Virus record (IMG/VR): IMGVR_UViG_3300027212_000022
Location: 1-32,043 of that record
DNA from: a virus
Lineage: Duplodnaviria; Caudoviricetes
DNA length: 32,043 nucleotides
Strand: one strand, 5' to 3'
A program made the position numbers and the translations under genes. The notes beneath the pieces are model-generated. The model did no database searches. It was not told where the DNA came from and was given only the letters and a program-made list of their open reading frames with translations. Positions 8,622 to 17,958 of the stretch are shown here, piece after piece (positions within the stretch are counted from its first letter, which is position 1; every line of letters starts with the position of its first letter).

Positions 8622-10376
8622 TTATACAATGCCCGAAACTTGCATCGTTCGATTTACAAAATTAATTTTAACCTCTTTAACCTGGCCATTTTTTGCCGTT
8701 CCGTTTTGAATGATCCGAACCGTTTTTGAAAAATCAAAATTAGTCAAATCCGAACAATTGAATTGAAATGTGAAATCAAAATTAAAATTTCGCGCCGATG
8801 GCAAACGGGGATTGTCGATATAATGGAACAATGAATATAAATTGTTATTGTAACCCTCTTTAAACCACAAAGGATAATTAAACAAATTCGATGTTGAAAC
8901 CGTTTGACCGCCACTAATTACGGGCCCACCGGTGAACGATTCCGGATAATCATGTTTGATTGTTGCGTTTTGACGATCCACGCCGTCCCAAATTAACAAT
9001 TTGTAATTCATGGCCGTGTGTTGGTTCATCAACAACGCGTTTGTGTTTCCGGATGTCAATTGTCCCCCAAAAAACAAATTCAATAAACCGCCTTGAAAAA
9101 CGGCCAATATTTCAAATATTGTTCCCTCATTGTCAACGCCATCGGAACGGAAACGGGCCGGTGAAAATGGCAATGTGTTAATCAATTGACCTTTTTGAAT
9201 TGGATTATATGGATTGTTCCATTCAACGATGTCCGAATATCGTTTCATTGCTTCATTCCCAATGATGTCAATCGCATCCGGAACATATTCATATCGACCA
9301 AACGCGAATCGTTCATCGTCAATCCATGAAAAACATATTTTATTTTCCACAATTCGATTGTCGTTCATCAATTGTTCCGAATCAATCCATGACGCGTTTG
9401 AAATAAAATAATCCTTTCGTTCAAAATATAATGTGTTCCCGACGATTTGCCAATCGCCGTTGAATGTCGGTTTCAATAAATTATTCAAAAACGTTTCGGC
9501 CGTTTCGATTGGATTATTGTCCTCAATCATATCATCCGATATAATGTTTTCGTTTATACCTTTTTCAATCGTCGCGGAAAACAATAATAAATTGAAATAA
9601 GGTGACGCCGGATCGGTTAAAATTGTCGATTGAAAATTTAATCCACATTGTTCACATAAATCATCCAAATATTCGCGAACCAATCCCGTTGGATGTTTTT
9701 TGTTGCATGTGTCAAAAAATCCGACCATTACCGCCAACGAATCGCCCAATGAATCCAAAACACTATTCGGCGACAAATCGGCGTCGTCACATGTATCCTG
9801 GTCGCAATCGGTGAACGGAATCGCACAAACGATTGAACAAATCACGAAAAAAACGCCCGAAATAATTAAAATGACCAAAACAAATGGAATCAAAACCGTC
9901 GAAACAATATTTCCCAATAACGCCAATAAAAAACCTAAAATGATGTGCCACCATTTCGGCCGTCCCTCCAAACAATAATTGACATTTACGGGATGAATTA
10001 TTCTTTGACCAATGATTGGTTTTGATTCGATGCAATTATATTGCAATTCGTTTTCAATGACATTGGCCGTCACCGAACAATCCGGTTCACACCAATCCAA
10101 TGAATCGCCACGAACAATTCCAACGAACACCGGTTCGGAACAACACGAATCATAAATTTTAACATCGATTTTTTGATTGAATCCAAATGGATCATCAATC
10201 AATAATGTTTTTATTAATTGATAGCCGTCATCATAAAACGTTAATTCGGATGAAAACGATCGCGTTGTTTTTCCGGCGTTGTCGGTTCGCCTTAGTGTGA
10301 CCTCAAACGTTTCGATTCCATCAATTCGACCGGTCAACAATGCGTTGTTGAACGTGATTTTCATGTTTGAATTCAT
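8622..10376 (-). CDS. Tail-tip/hub-like protein with an internal hydrophobic segment (584 aa)
   Basis: ATGA overlap with the tape measure gene; beta-rich ends and a central hydrophobic stretch. Confidence 0.6.
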   Translation of the reverse strand: MNSNMKITFNNALLTGRIDGIETFEVTLRRTDNAGKTTRSFSSELTFYDDGYQLIKTLLIDDPFGFNQKIDVKIYDSCCSEPVFVGIVRGDSLDWCEPDCSVTANVIENELQYNCIESKPIIGQRIIHPVNVNYCLEGRPKWWHIILGFLLALLGNIVSTVLIPFVLVILIISGVFFVICSIVCAIPFTDCDQDTCDDADLSPNSVLDSLGDSLAVMVGFFDTCNKKHPTGLVREYLDDLCEQCGLNFQSTILTDPASPYFNLLLFSATIEKGINENIISDDMIEDNNPIETAETFLNNLLKPTFNGDWQIVGNTLYFERKDYFISNASWIDSEQLMNDNRIVENKICFSWIDDERFAFGRYEYVPDAIDIIGNEAMKRYSDIVEWNNPYNPIQKGQLINTLPFSPARFRSDGVDNEGTIFEILAVFQGGLLNLFFGGQLTSGNTNALLMNQHTAMNYKLLIWDGVDRQNATIKHDYPESFTGGPVISGGQTVSTSNLFNYPLWFKEGYNNNLYSLFHYIDNPRLPSARNFNFDFTFQFNCSDLTNFDFSKTVRIIQNGTAKNGQVKEVKINFVNRTMQVSGIV

Positions 10377-13300
10377 CGCGCTTTGTTTCTTATACGGTTG
10401 TTTTTATATTGAATCTTCGAAACGATTCCGTTGATTCCACGTTCATCGATGGACAAATTCAAACCCTTTTGTTCGCGAATTGCTTTCTCAATACGATCCA
10501 ACTTTCCATCCATTGAACGATTGTTCATCGTCATGATTTGCCCGTTCAATCCTTTCGCCAACAATGGATCCCGTCCGGAATGGATCGCCTCCAATAAAGG
10601 CCGGAACCTTTGCGTTTTTTCCTTTGTCACAACGAATTCACCGCGATGGACAATTCCGGCCGGTTGATATTTGCCACCGTCGCCCGTGTAACCACCCGTC
10701 GCGAATGACGCCGCCGCCCTTGCCTGGGCCCTTGCCGCCACCAATCCGGCCGCCAATGCGATCAATGTCGCGGCAATCGTAAACGGCGCCGCCGCGCCAC
10801 CTTCGGCCGCCGCCTTTGAAATGGCCACCGCCGAATTCGCCACCAATTCAATCGCCGCCAATGCTTGTTGTGCGCGAACGAAATTGGCCTTTTTTTCGTT
10901 CAGTTTATTCAAACGATCCTCCTCAATTTGCAACAATTCGGCGTTTCCCTTTTCGGCGATTTTCGCGGCCGCGTCAACACGTTTTTGTTGTGCGTTAATT
11001 TGTCCCTCTGTTTCGGAAATGGCGGCGTTCAACGCCGTGTTTGCCAAATCAATGGTCGCCTTTGCCACTTTCTCAATCCCATCCAAAACCGCTTGTTTTC
11101 TTTCATCGGCTTGTTTTTTCGATTCGGCCGTGTTTTCATCGTCCAACGCCATGATTTGGTCGCCGAAATCTTGACGCGCTTTCAAAATGTCCAAATCGGC
11201 TTGTTTCTCAATTAACACCCTTTCATCGGCCGTCAATTTAACATTCAATAATTCGGCGTCCCTTTTGCTTTGAATCCCTTGAACGACCAAACTTTCCTCG
11301 GATTGAATTGAATCCTTTAAATCGCCTAAATTGGCGTTCAATTGTTCTTTTATGGCGTTTCGTTCGGCCGTTGATCGTGACGCCGCGAATTGTTCAATCA
11401 AAAATCCTCGTTGACGTTCGATTTCGGCCGTGTTTTGTTCAACCTCTGTCAATTGACGATCCAAATCAACTTGACGAATTTCGGCCAATGTTTGATTTCG
11501 TTTTTCCGCCGCTTGAATTGTGACCTGGTTGATTTCATCATTTGTTTCATTAACGACTTTTAATGTTTGCAATCGTCTAACCTCAATGAATTGTTGTTCA
11601 ATTCCGGCCGTTAATGTTCCGGCTTCACGCGCTTTGTCGATTCGGTCTTTTATCGTGTTGTTGATTTCATCGATTTCGAATTGGGCCAATGCTTTGATTT
11701 TCGTTTTCTGTTCATCCAATGATTTTGGATCGATGAATTCAATCGGTTGTTTTTTAACCTCAACACCCAAATCACGAATTTCACGTTGCAAATCTAAAAT
11801 CAATTCACGGCGTTTGTCACCTAATTTTTCCGCCGATTTCGCCGATTCATCGTCAACCTTTTTAATCGTTTGACCGGAATCAACAATTTTTTTTGAAATA
11901 TCATCAATTGATTTTGTTGTCAAATCATATTGGGCCTGTAAGGCCTCAACATTTCCATAAATTTGATTTTGTAAATTTTTTGCGTTGTCCAATTCAATTT
12001 TTTGATCAGTAACGGAAACGAATCCCGTTTTTTTCTGTTGTGCTTTCAAATCGGCCGCCGCCTGTCCCTCCTTTGCCTTAATCAATTTTTCCTCCAAATC
12101 CAATTGTTGTTTTGTCAATTCAACCAATTGTCCCTCCGCCGCTTTCGCGAATGCCACTTGTTTAATTGAATTAACTAAATTTTGATATTCGGCGTCTAAT
12201 TGTTTGATGAACTTTTTTTCGTCCGTGATGTTTTTGATTGTCGTTCCATATTGACCATTTAATTGATCAATCAATTTTTTTCGTTCGGCCGATCCGGTGT
12301 TGGCCGATTTTATTTCCTTGACTAATTTGTTCAATTCGGAAATTGATTTTGCCGATTCCGCGTTTGCCTCGGTGTTTGCCGTCGTCAACGCCGTTTGTGA
12401 ATCCAATAATTTTTCGGTTTGAACCGCCGTTTCCTCAACCGAATCCCCAAAATCAACGAACAACGCCGCCGCCGTCGCCAATAATCCAACAATCAAACCA
12501 ATTGGATTCGCTTTCAACGCCGCGTTGAATCCTGTTGTTGCAATGGTCGCCGCGCGTGTTGCCACCGATTGCGCCGTCGTTGCGCCCGTCATTAAATTGG
12601 TCGCCGTCGTCGATGCGCGTGTGAATAACGCCTTTGCACGTTGAACAACCAATCCAATTTGTTCCTGTATTAATAACGCCTTAAATCGCAATTCATAAAT
12701 CAATTGTTGTTGAATTGCCGCCTTTTGTTGGCCAACATAAAACGCGACCGCACCGGCCAACAACAACAACGCCGTTTGGTTTTCCTCAACGAACGCCGGA
12801 ACCTTTTGAATTGCCGTGATAAAATTGAACGCCGCGTCGGTTAATGTTTCGAAAATTGGCAATAATCCCGTTCCGATGGATCGTTTCAATTCGTCGAACT
12901 TTCCGACCAATGTGGACAATCGACCGGCCGTTGATTGTGACAATTTATCGGTCAATCCGAAAAACCGGCCACCCTCCGATGTCAATGATTTGAAACCGTC
13001 CTCCAAATTTTGAAACGATATTTGTCCCTCGGATCCCAATTTTTTCACCTGGGATTCGGAAACACCCAATTGTTTCGCGAATTCGCCAATGATAGGAACA
13101 CCGGCCTCGGTTAATTGGTTGATGTCCTCGGCAAATAATGTCCCTTGAACACGGGCCTTTCCATAGATCACGGCCAATTCGTTGAAATCCTTTCCGGTCG
13201 CCGATGCAACGTCACCAATTCGCCCCAATGTCGTCGTTAATCCATCAACCGGTTCGCCAAATGCTAACAACGCCTTTCCGGCCTGGTTAACCTGTTCCGG

Positions 13301-13639
13301 TGTGAATGGCGTTTTGATTGAAAATTGGTTCAAATCTTCGAATACTTGTTTCGCCTTTTCCGCCGACCCCAAAAACGTTTCCAATGATATTTGAACGGTT
13401 TCATAATTCGAAACCGCTTCAATGGCGCCCTTTCCGAAATCAATCGCCGATGCGGCCAATGAAACGCCACCAAACGCCGCCGCCGCGCCAGTTAATGTTT
13501 TTTTCAATCCGGTCAATTGGGATTCGGCGCCCTTTGTCGCCGTTCCAATGTTTCCCAATCCGGCTTTGACGGCCTCCAATTCACGACGCAATTGAGCCGT
13601 GTCCGCTTGAATTTTGAATAAAACGTTTTTAACCGCCAT
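10373..13639 (-). CDS. Tail tape measure protein (1088 aa)
   Basis: Tape-measure domain motifs (KTPFTPEQV, DINQLTEAGVPI), Ala-rich and coiled-coil sequence, C-terminal FATGGYTGDGGKYQPAGIVHRGEFV. Confidence 0.95.
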   Translation of the reverse strand: MAVKNVLFKIQADTAQLRRELEAVKAGLGNIGTATKGAESQLTGLKKTLTGAAAAFGGVSLAASAIDFGKGAIEAVSNYETVQISLETFLGSAEKAKQVFEDLNQFSIKTPFTPEQVNQAGKALLAFGEPVDGLTTTLGRIGDVASATGKDFNELAVIYGKARVQGTLFAEDINQLTEAGVPIIGEFAKQLGVSESQVKKLGSEGQISFQNLEDGFKSLTSEGGRFFGLTDKLSQSTAGRLSTLVGKFDELKRSIGTGLLPIFETLTDAAFNFITAIQKVPAFVEENQTALLLLAGAVAFYVGQQKAAIQQQLIYELRFKALLIQEQIGLVVQRAKALFTRASTTATNLMTGATTAQSVATRAATIATTGFNAALKANPIGLIVGLLATAAALFVDFGDSVEETAVQTEKLLDSQTALTTANTEANAESAKSISELNKLVKEIKSANTGSAERKKLIDQLNGQYGTTIKNITDEKKFIKQLDAEYQNLVNSIKQVAFAKAAEGQLVELTKQQLDLEEKLIKAKEGQAAADLKAQQKKTGFVSVTDQKIELDNAKNLQNQIYGNVEALQAQYDLTTKSIDDISKKIVDSGQTIKKVDDESAKSAEKLGDKRRELILDLQREIRDLGVEVKKQPIEFIDPKSLDEQKTKIKALAQFEIDEINNTIKDRIDKAREAGTLTAGIEQQFIEVRRLQTLKVVNETNDEINQVTIQAAEKRNQTLAEIRQVDLDRQLTEVEQNTAEIERQRGFLIEQFAASRSTAERNAIKEQLNANLGDLKDSIQSEESLVVQGIQSKRDAELLNVKLTADERVLIEKQADLDILKARQDFGDQIMALDDENTAESKKQADERKQAVLDGIEKVAKATIDLANTALNAAISETEGQINAQQKRVDAAAKIAEKGNAELLQIEEDRLNKLNEKKANFVRAQQALAAIELVANSAVAISKAAAEGGAAAPFTIAATLIALAAGLVAARAQARAAASFATGGYTGDGGKYQPAGIVHRGEFVVTKEKTQRFRPLLEAIHSGRDPLLAKGLNGQIMTMNNRSMDGKLDRIEKAIREQKGLNLSIDERGINGIVSKIQYKNNRIRNKAR

Positions 13640-13646
13640 GATATTT

Positions 13647-13946
13647 TTATTTTATTTTTTCGAATGCTTCATTTCGTTCATCGATAATTCGGAAATATGT
13701 TGCAACGGTTTGATAATATTCATCGGTTGAAAGGTTTTCCAATGCTTTCATTTCGGTGACTTTTGAATCACAAATTATTTGATTGACGAAATTGATTTGG
13801 TCAATGTATCGCCCAATTTCAAACGATGCAAAATTTGATTGAACCGTTCGTTTGACGGGCCGTTGGCTTTCAAATAAACGTGAATATCGTTGACGGATAG
13901 TTCCGAATATTTCGTTGTGAATGCGAACGCCCGTTCCAAAAAAAAA
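13647..13946 (-). CDS. -1 frameshift extension of the tail assembly chaperone (gpGT-like)
   Basis: The -1 frame is open from the T9 run at 13946-13938 to TAA at 13649-13647 (...MKALENLSTDEYYQTVATYFRIIDERNEAFEKIK). It is closed by a TAA just upstream of the run. Confidence 0.75.
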   Translation of the reverse strand, partial: FFFGTGVRIHNEIFGTIRQRYSRLFESQRPVKRTVQSNFASFEIGRYIDQINFVNQIICDSKVTEMKALENLSTDEYYQTVATYFRIIDERNEAFEKIK

Positions 13947-14389
13947 TCCTTTGAACGGCCATTTGATTTAATTTTTTCAATTTTTTTCGATTTCCAAACG
14001 TCGGAAAAATCGGTTTCATCCTCGCCATTCAAAACGAAATAACACGCCGCCAATTCAATCAATGTATTTTCCTCGCCTATGTATGTCAACCGGAATTCAA
14101 TTTCACTTAATAAGTGAAACAATTCAACGATGTTCCCATTGTTCGCCGCTTTTTTCATTGAATCGATGAATATTGTCATTGATTCGTTCGTCATGTTCAT
14201 TTCGGCGAATCGTGTGGCGATTTCGGCCGCGATTGCACGTCGCGCCGGAATGGTCATGATGTTGGTGTATTGAAACCATTCGTCGCCATCATCGTCGATG
14301 AATACGCGTTCCAATGGAATTTTTGATCCGGTTGTTGAAATCGATTTCGATTCCATTTCATGTTTTGGTTTTCGGTTGAATAAATTCAT
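13775..14389 (-). CDS. Tail assembly chaperone (gpG-like)
   Basis: Immediately upstream of the tape measure gene; contains the slippery GAT TTT TTT TTG. Confidence 0.7.
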   Translation of the reverse strand: MNLFNRKPKHEMESKSISTTGSKIPLERVFIDDDGDEWFQYTNIMTIPARRAIAAEIATRFAEMNMTNESMTIFIDSMKKAANNGNIVELFHLLSEIEFRLTYIGEENTLIELAACYFVLNGEDETDFSDVWKSKKIEKIKSNGRSKDFFLERAFAFTTKYSELSVNDIHVYLKANGPSNERFNQILHRLKLGDTLTKSISSIK

Positions 14390-14544
14390 TTTTTGGTTTT
14401 TTTGGTGTTTGCGATTTTTCCCGAACCTTGTTTGTTAACACTAACCTGGCAAATCGCATACGATGTTGATTTGTCCTTTCCGGATGATTGAACCGATGAA
14501 ACACATCGATTGAATTTCGCGCTGAAATGTTTTGTTTTTGGCAT
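14386..14544 (-). CDS. 52-aa basic two-Cys peptide (missing from the ORF track)
   Basis: MPKTKHFSAKFNRCVSSVQSSGKDKSTSYAICQVSVNKQGSGKIANTKKTKK; ATGA overlap with the chaperone start; promoter motif 20 nt upstream. Confidence 0.7.
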   Translation of the reverse strand: MPKTKHFSAKFNRCVSSVQSSGKDKSTSYAICQVSVNKQGSGKIANTKKTKK

Positions 14545-14564
14545 GGTTCGAATTTTTCGTTTGC

Positions 14565-14572
14565 CAAATTTA
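14565..14572 (-). promoter_or_regulatory. Bacteroidota-type -7 promoter element (TAAATTTG), candidate late promoter
   Basis: TAnnTTTG between the terL stop and the ATG at 14544. Confidence 0.5.
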
Positions 14573-14576
14573 AAAC

Positions 14577-15857
14577 TTATTTGAATGTTTTGATGAAATC
14601 ATTGTGAAATGTCCAAATGTAATATCGAAAACAATCCAATAAGTGTGTCAATTTCGCGTCCTTACCTTTGTCAATGTCGCCATCCGGTGTTGTTTCGACG
14701 GCCTGTAAATCATGAATCAAAAATTGACATGATGAATCAATGACCAGGTCACCGTGTTTTTGCAACATCGAATTCAATAACACGCGTGAATTTTTAATCG
14801 ATGGATTGACCGTTGGAACCTTGAACGCCGATTTCGGGATTTCAAGTTCATCGCGAATGATTGTGTAATAATTCAACGCGCCTTTCGTCATGGCGGAACG
14901 ATTCGCCCCCGACGCGTCACCGGTGACGATGAAAAACCGTTCACCGAATTCGATTTTGATCGTTTCGCATAAATTGAAAATATCGGAATTCCGCAATCGA
15001 AATTCACGAAATATTCGAATCTTATTTCCATACGATTGACCGGCAATACATGTGATTGGATCAACGTTGAAATCGAACGACAAAATGATTGGTTCGTTTG
15101 GATGAATTTCAACATTCGGTTTGACCGTTTTGAATTTGTCGAACGCATACGCAAACGGCCGTTGAACATCCACGACATCCCAATCGCCATTCACGAAAAC
15201 CGCGCGTGTGACATCATCCAAATTTTCCATCGCGGCCATGTATTCCGGCGGCAATGTTGGATTATCAATCATCAACGCCCGTTTGTAAAAATAGGACGGT
15301 TTCAATTCGTCATTGATGAATGGTTCGTGAAATTCCGTTTTCGTCCACGTTTGCGATGGATTGCATGTCATTAAAATTAATCGCGGCGGCGTTTTCAATG
15401 GTTCCGCCAATATGTGACGGCCCACCCTCAATTTGCATTTGTCAAACGTTTTTTTTTGTAGTTCCTGTGATTCCTCCAACAAAAAAAAATTCGTTTCCAA
15501 TCCGTCGAACCTGGTCAAATTTTTGTCCATGTTGTAATTTTCGGGAAAAAATTCCAACGTTGAACCATTTGTGAACGTGACGATATGATCCGTTTGATGA
15601 TATGATTTAATGAAATTTTTCGGGCAAAGTTTAAAAAACGTCGGAATGGTCGTTCGTTTCAATGACGGCAATGATTCACGAATCACATGTGATTTTGAAT
15701 GTGGAAATACACGGGCCAACGCAATCAACGTCGCCAACGAAACAAATGATTTTCCGCCACCGGCCGCGCCTCCAAACAATAAACATTCATATCGAAACGA
15801 AAAAACCGCCTCCATGAATTCAAATTGTTTTTGATGTGGTTCAAACGCAATGTTCAT
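14577..15857 (-). CDS. terL: Terminase large subunit
   Basis: Walker A GGAAGGGKS, Walker B FFLLEES, TCNP coupling motif, nuclease motifs SFDFNVDP, GDASG and HLLDCFRY. Confidence 0.95.
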   Translation of the reverse strand: MNIAFEPHQKQFEFMEAVFSFRYECLLFGGAAGGGKSFVSLATLIALARVFPHSKSHVIRESLPSLKRTTIPTFFKLCPKNFIKSYHQTDHIVTFTNGSTLEFFPENYNMDKNLTRFDGLETNFFLLEESQELQKKTFDKCKLRVGRHILAEPLKTPPRLILMTCNPSQTWTKTEFHEPFINDELKPSYFYKRALMIDNPTLPPEYMAAMENLDDVTRAVFVNGDWDVVDVQRPFAYAFDKFKTVKPNVEIHPNEPIILSFDFNVDPITCIAGQSYGNKIRIFREFRLRNSDIFNLCETIKIEFGERFFIVTGDASGANRSAMTKGALNYYTIIRDELEIPKSAFKVPTVNPSIKNSRVLLNSMLQKHGDLVIDSSCQFLIHDLQAVETTPDGDIDKGKDAKLTHLLDCFRYYIWTFHNDFIKTFK

Positions 15858-16105
15858 TTTTGATTGGCCCGAATGAAATCGTCAAATTGATCCAATGGAA
15901 TATCCAACGAAAACGAAATTCCGGATTTTAAATGAATCGCCGTTCGATTGTCATTGTCGCCATAAAAACATTGCAATTCATCCAATCGAAAACGAAATGG
16001 ACATCGTTCAACCGGATGTTCCATTCCCAAATCTTCGAAGATAATTTCGGAATTAACCATAAAAAACGCATCACAAAAAACCAATTCGCCGTTTCGTTCA
16101 ATCAT
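15854..16105 (-). CDS. Hypothetical protein (83 aa)
   Basis: ATGA overlaps on both sides, between terS and terL. Confidence 0.75.
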   Translation of the reverse strand: MIERNGELVFCDAFFMVNSEIIFEDLGMEHPVERCPFRFRLDELQCFYGDNDNRTAIHLKSGISFSLDIPLDQFDDFIRANQK

Positions 16106-16302
16106 ATTTCCAATTTTTTACGTTCCATCAATTCCGAATATATGTCAATCCAATAATCGACCGATTCATTGTCCAACGATCGTTCGTTTTTCAATTTGAA
16201 TTCGGTCAATATACTATCAATTTTTTTATGAACGAACAACATGGCCGTTTGAACGTCACCATGTTTATCAATTAACCTATCAACAACGTCGTTTTCCATC
16301 AA
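16102..16302 (-). CDS. Hypothetical protein (66 aa)
   Basis: ATGA overlaps on both sides. Confidence 0.7.
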   Translation of the reverse strand: MMENDVVDRLIDKHGDVQTAMLFVHKKIDSILTEFKLKNERSLDNESVDYWIDIYSELMERKKLEI

Positions 16303-16829
16303 TTAAATTCAATAACCTGGTCACCAATTTTAAAAATTTGTTTGTCGCCCGAAATTTCAACGTTCATGTTTTCGCCCCAATTCGCCGGATCAACATTTTT
16401 CAACGCAAAAATCACGGCCGTTGCATTTGGGCCAACATATCGTTTTTTGGTTTTGACGCGTTTTCCGGTCAATTGTCCGGTTATGGAAAACAATTCGTCG
16501 ATTTCGGTTTCCTCAACCCAATAACCAACAACCAATCTCATCAAACCATCCTCCGATTTTTCGCGAATTGATTCCTTTCCGATTTTGGCGTGTTTTTCCT
16601 TTGCCTTTTTGTATCGGTCGGAAATCCATGAATCGCCATCCGACCAATTCCAAAACGTTCGAACCGTGATTCCATGTTCGCCACAACATGATTCGATCGT
16701 CACGTTGCCGGTTTCATAGGCCGAACAAATCAATTCGATTTTTTCGCGACGTTCGACCATTATTTCGGCCGCCGTTTTTTGAACCTTTTTTGGCTTTGCC
16801 GTTTTCGGTTCGGTTTTCTTTTTTGTCAT
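16299..16829 (-). CDS. terS: Terminase small subunit
   Basis: N-terminal HTH-like ESCCGEHGITVRTFWNW and a PNATAVIFALKN..P..W motif; upstream of terL. Confidence 0.8.
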   Translation of the reverse strand: MTKKKTEPKTAKPKKVQKTAAEIMVERREKIELICSAYETGNVTIESCCGEHGITVRTFWNWSDGDSWISDRYKKAKEKHAKIGKESIREKSEDGLMRLVVGYWVEETEIDELFSITGQLTGKRVKTKKRYVGPNATAVIFALKNVDPANWGENMNVEISGDKQIFKIGDQVIEFN

Positions 16830-16896
16830 GGTTCCATTTGTTTGGACATGGATGTCCCGTTGGCGTGTTTTACGAACGCCGAATCGTTTTGTTGTG

Positions 16897-16904
16897 CAAA
16901 TATA
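16897..16904 (-). promoter_or_regulatory. Bacteroidota-type -7 promoter element (TATATTTG) for the packaging genes
   Basis: TAnnTTTG in the gap upstream of terS. Confidence 0.5.
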
Positions 16905-17294
16905 TCAAAACAATGATTGTTGAACGTGACGTCCGTTTAAACGTTGAACATGTTGTTCGGCCTGTTCGCGAATTTTTCGGATTGCATTTTCACGCGATTT
17001 CAATGAATCAATCCAATCCATTATTTCATCCGGCGATTGGGCGACGAAATAACCTTTTGACGTCGCGACCAAACCAGGAACCAAATTGTTCAAACGAATG
17101 TATTGAATCATTTTCCGGATTCGTGATTCCTTGAATTCAATTCCAAAATGTGCTTTCAATCCAATGGCTATTTTATCGGCCGTGACAATGTTTGATTTTC
17201 CAACTTTCGTTTCAAATCGTTTGATTATGATGTTGACGACATATTGTTCCTCCGGTGTAATTTCAACGGTGAAATCTTCGAATCCGACTATCAT
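16905..17294 (-). CDS. Putative winged-helix DNA-binding protein (129 aa)
   Basis: ESRIRKMIQYIR...LVATSKGYFVA helix-plus-wing pattern followed by a coiled coil. Confidence 0.6.
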   Translation of the reverse strand: MIVGFEDFTVEITPEEQYVVNIIIKRFETKVGKSNIVTADKIAIGLKAHFGIEFKESRIRKMIQYIRLNNLVPGLVATSKGYFVAQSPDEIMDWIDSLKSRENAIRKIREQAEQHVQRLNGRHVQQSLF

Positions 17295-17458
17295 GATTTT
17301 TTGAGTTTTTCCAATTGATCAATTAATTTTTGACGTTTTTCCGACCAACTATCAATCATTTTTTGAGTTGTTTTTTTTTGTTGTTCCAATGATTGAATCA
17401 AACGATCGGCGTGTTCAATTCCGTTTTGAATTGAATTTGATGTGTTGAATAAATTCAT
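17291..17458 (-). CDS. 55-aa coiled-coil protein (missing from the ORF track)
   Basis: MNLFNTSNSIQNGIEHADRLIQSLEQQKKTTQKMIDSWSEKRQKLIDQLEKLKKS; ATGA overlaps at both ends. Confidence 0.75.
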   Translation of the reverse strand: MNLFNTSNSIQNGIEHADRLIQSLEQQKKTTQKMIDSWSEKRQKLIDQLEKLKKS

Positions 17459-17703
17459 ATATTTTTGTCAAATTGTGATTGAATGAAATCAGACTTTCGA
17501 ATTTTCGCCCATTGGTTTTTTATGTTTTGTTTTCGGATTTGGTCAAATATCAATTCCAATGAACCGGCCGTTCCAGAATAAACCAAAACGATTTTGAAAA
17601 CGTAAATGGTTAACGTTAAAATGGCAATTGTAATAATTGCAACAATTGAAATTGGAATAGTCCAAATCAATGAAATTTTTTCGATTGTGTTTAATTTTTT
17701 CAT
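17455..17703 (-). CDS. Small membrane protein (82 aa)
   Basis: One long hydrophobic stretch and a basic tail. Confidence 0.7.
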   Translation of the reverse strand: MKKLNTIEKISLIWTIPISIVAIITIAILTLTIYVFKIVLVYSGTAGSLELIFDQIRKQNIKNQWAKIRKSDFIQSQFDKNI

Positions 17704-17707
17704 GTGT

Positions 17708-17956
17708 TCAATTTATTAATAAAATTACAATGATTGATCCCGTCGCATATCCAAAACCCATACACATGGCAATTTTGAAACGTTCGGCGTTCGTTTTGGC
17801 TTCGATTTGATATTTGATGAATGGCAAACCTAAAAACGGGCCTACAAACGCCCAAAAAACCATTGGGATTGAATCTTTGTTTGCGACGGAACCAATGTAA
17901 AATGTTGCGGCGATTTCAATGATTAAACTTGAAATGAATAATATTAAAAATTTCAT
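17708..17956 (-). CDS. Small multi-pass membrane protein (82 aa)
   Basis: Three hydrophobic segments. Confidence 0.7.
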   Translation of the reverse strand: MKFLILFISSLIIEIAATFYIGSVANKDSIPMVFWAFVGPFLGLPFIKYQIEAKTNAERFKIAMCMGFGYATGSIIVILLIN

Positions 17957-17958
17957 GA

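Noticed and set aside
14358-14567. 69-aa ORF from the track
   Set aside because: It has a non-ATG start inside the promoter motif. The 14386..14544 frame has an ATG, an ATGA coupling and a more protein-like sequence.
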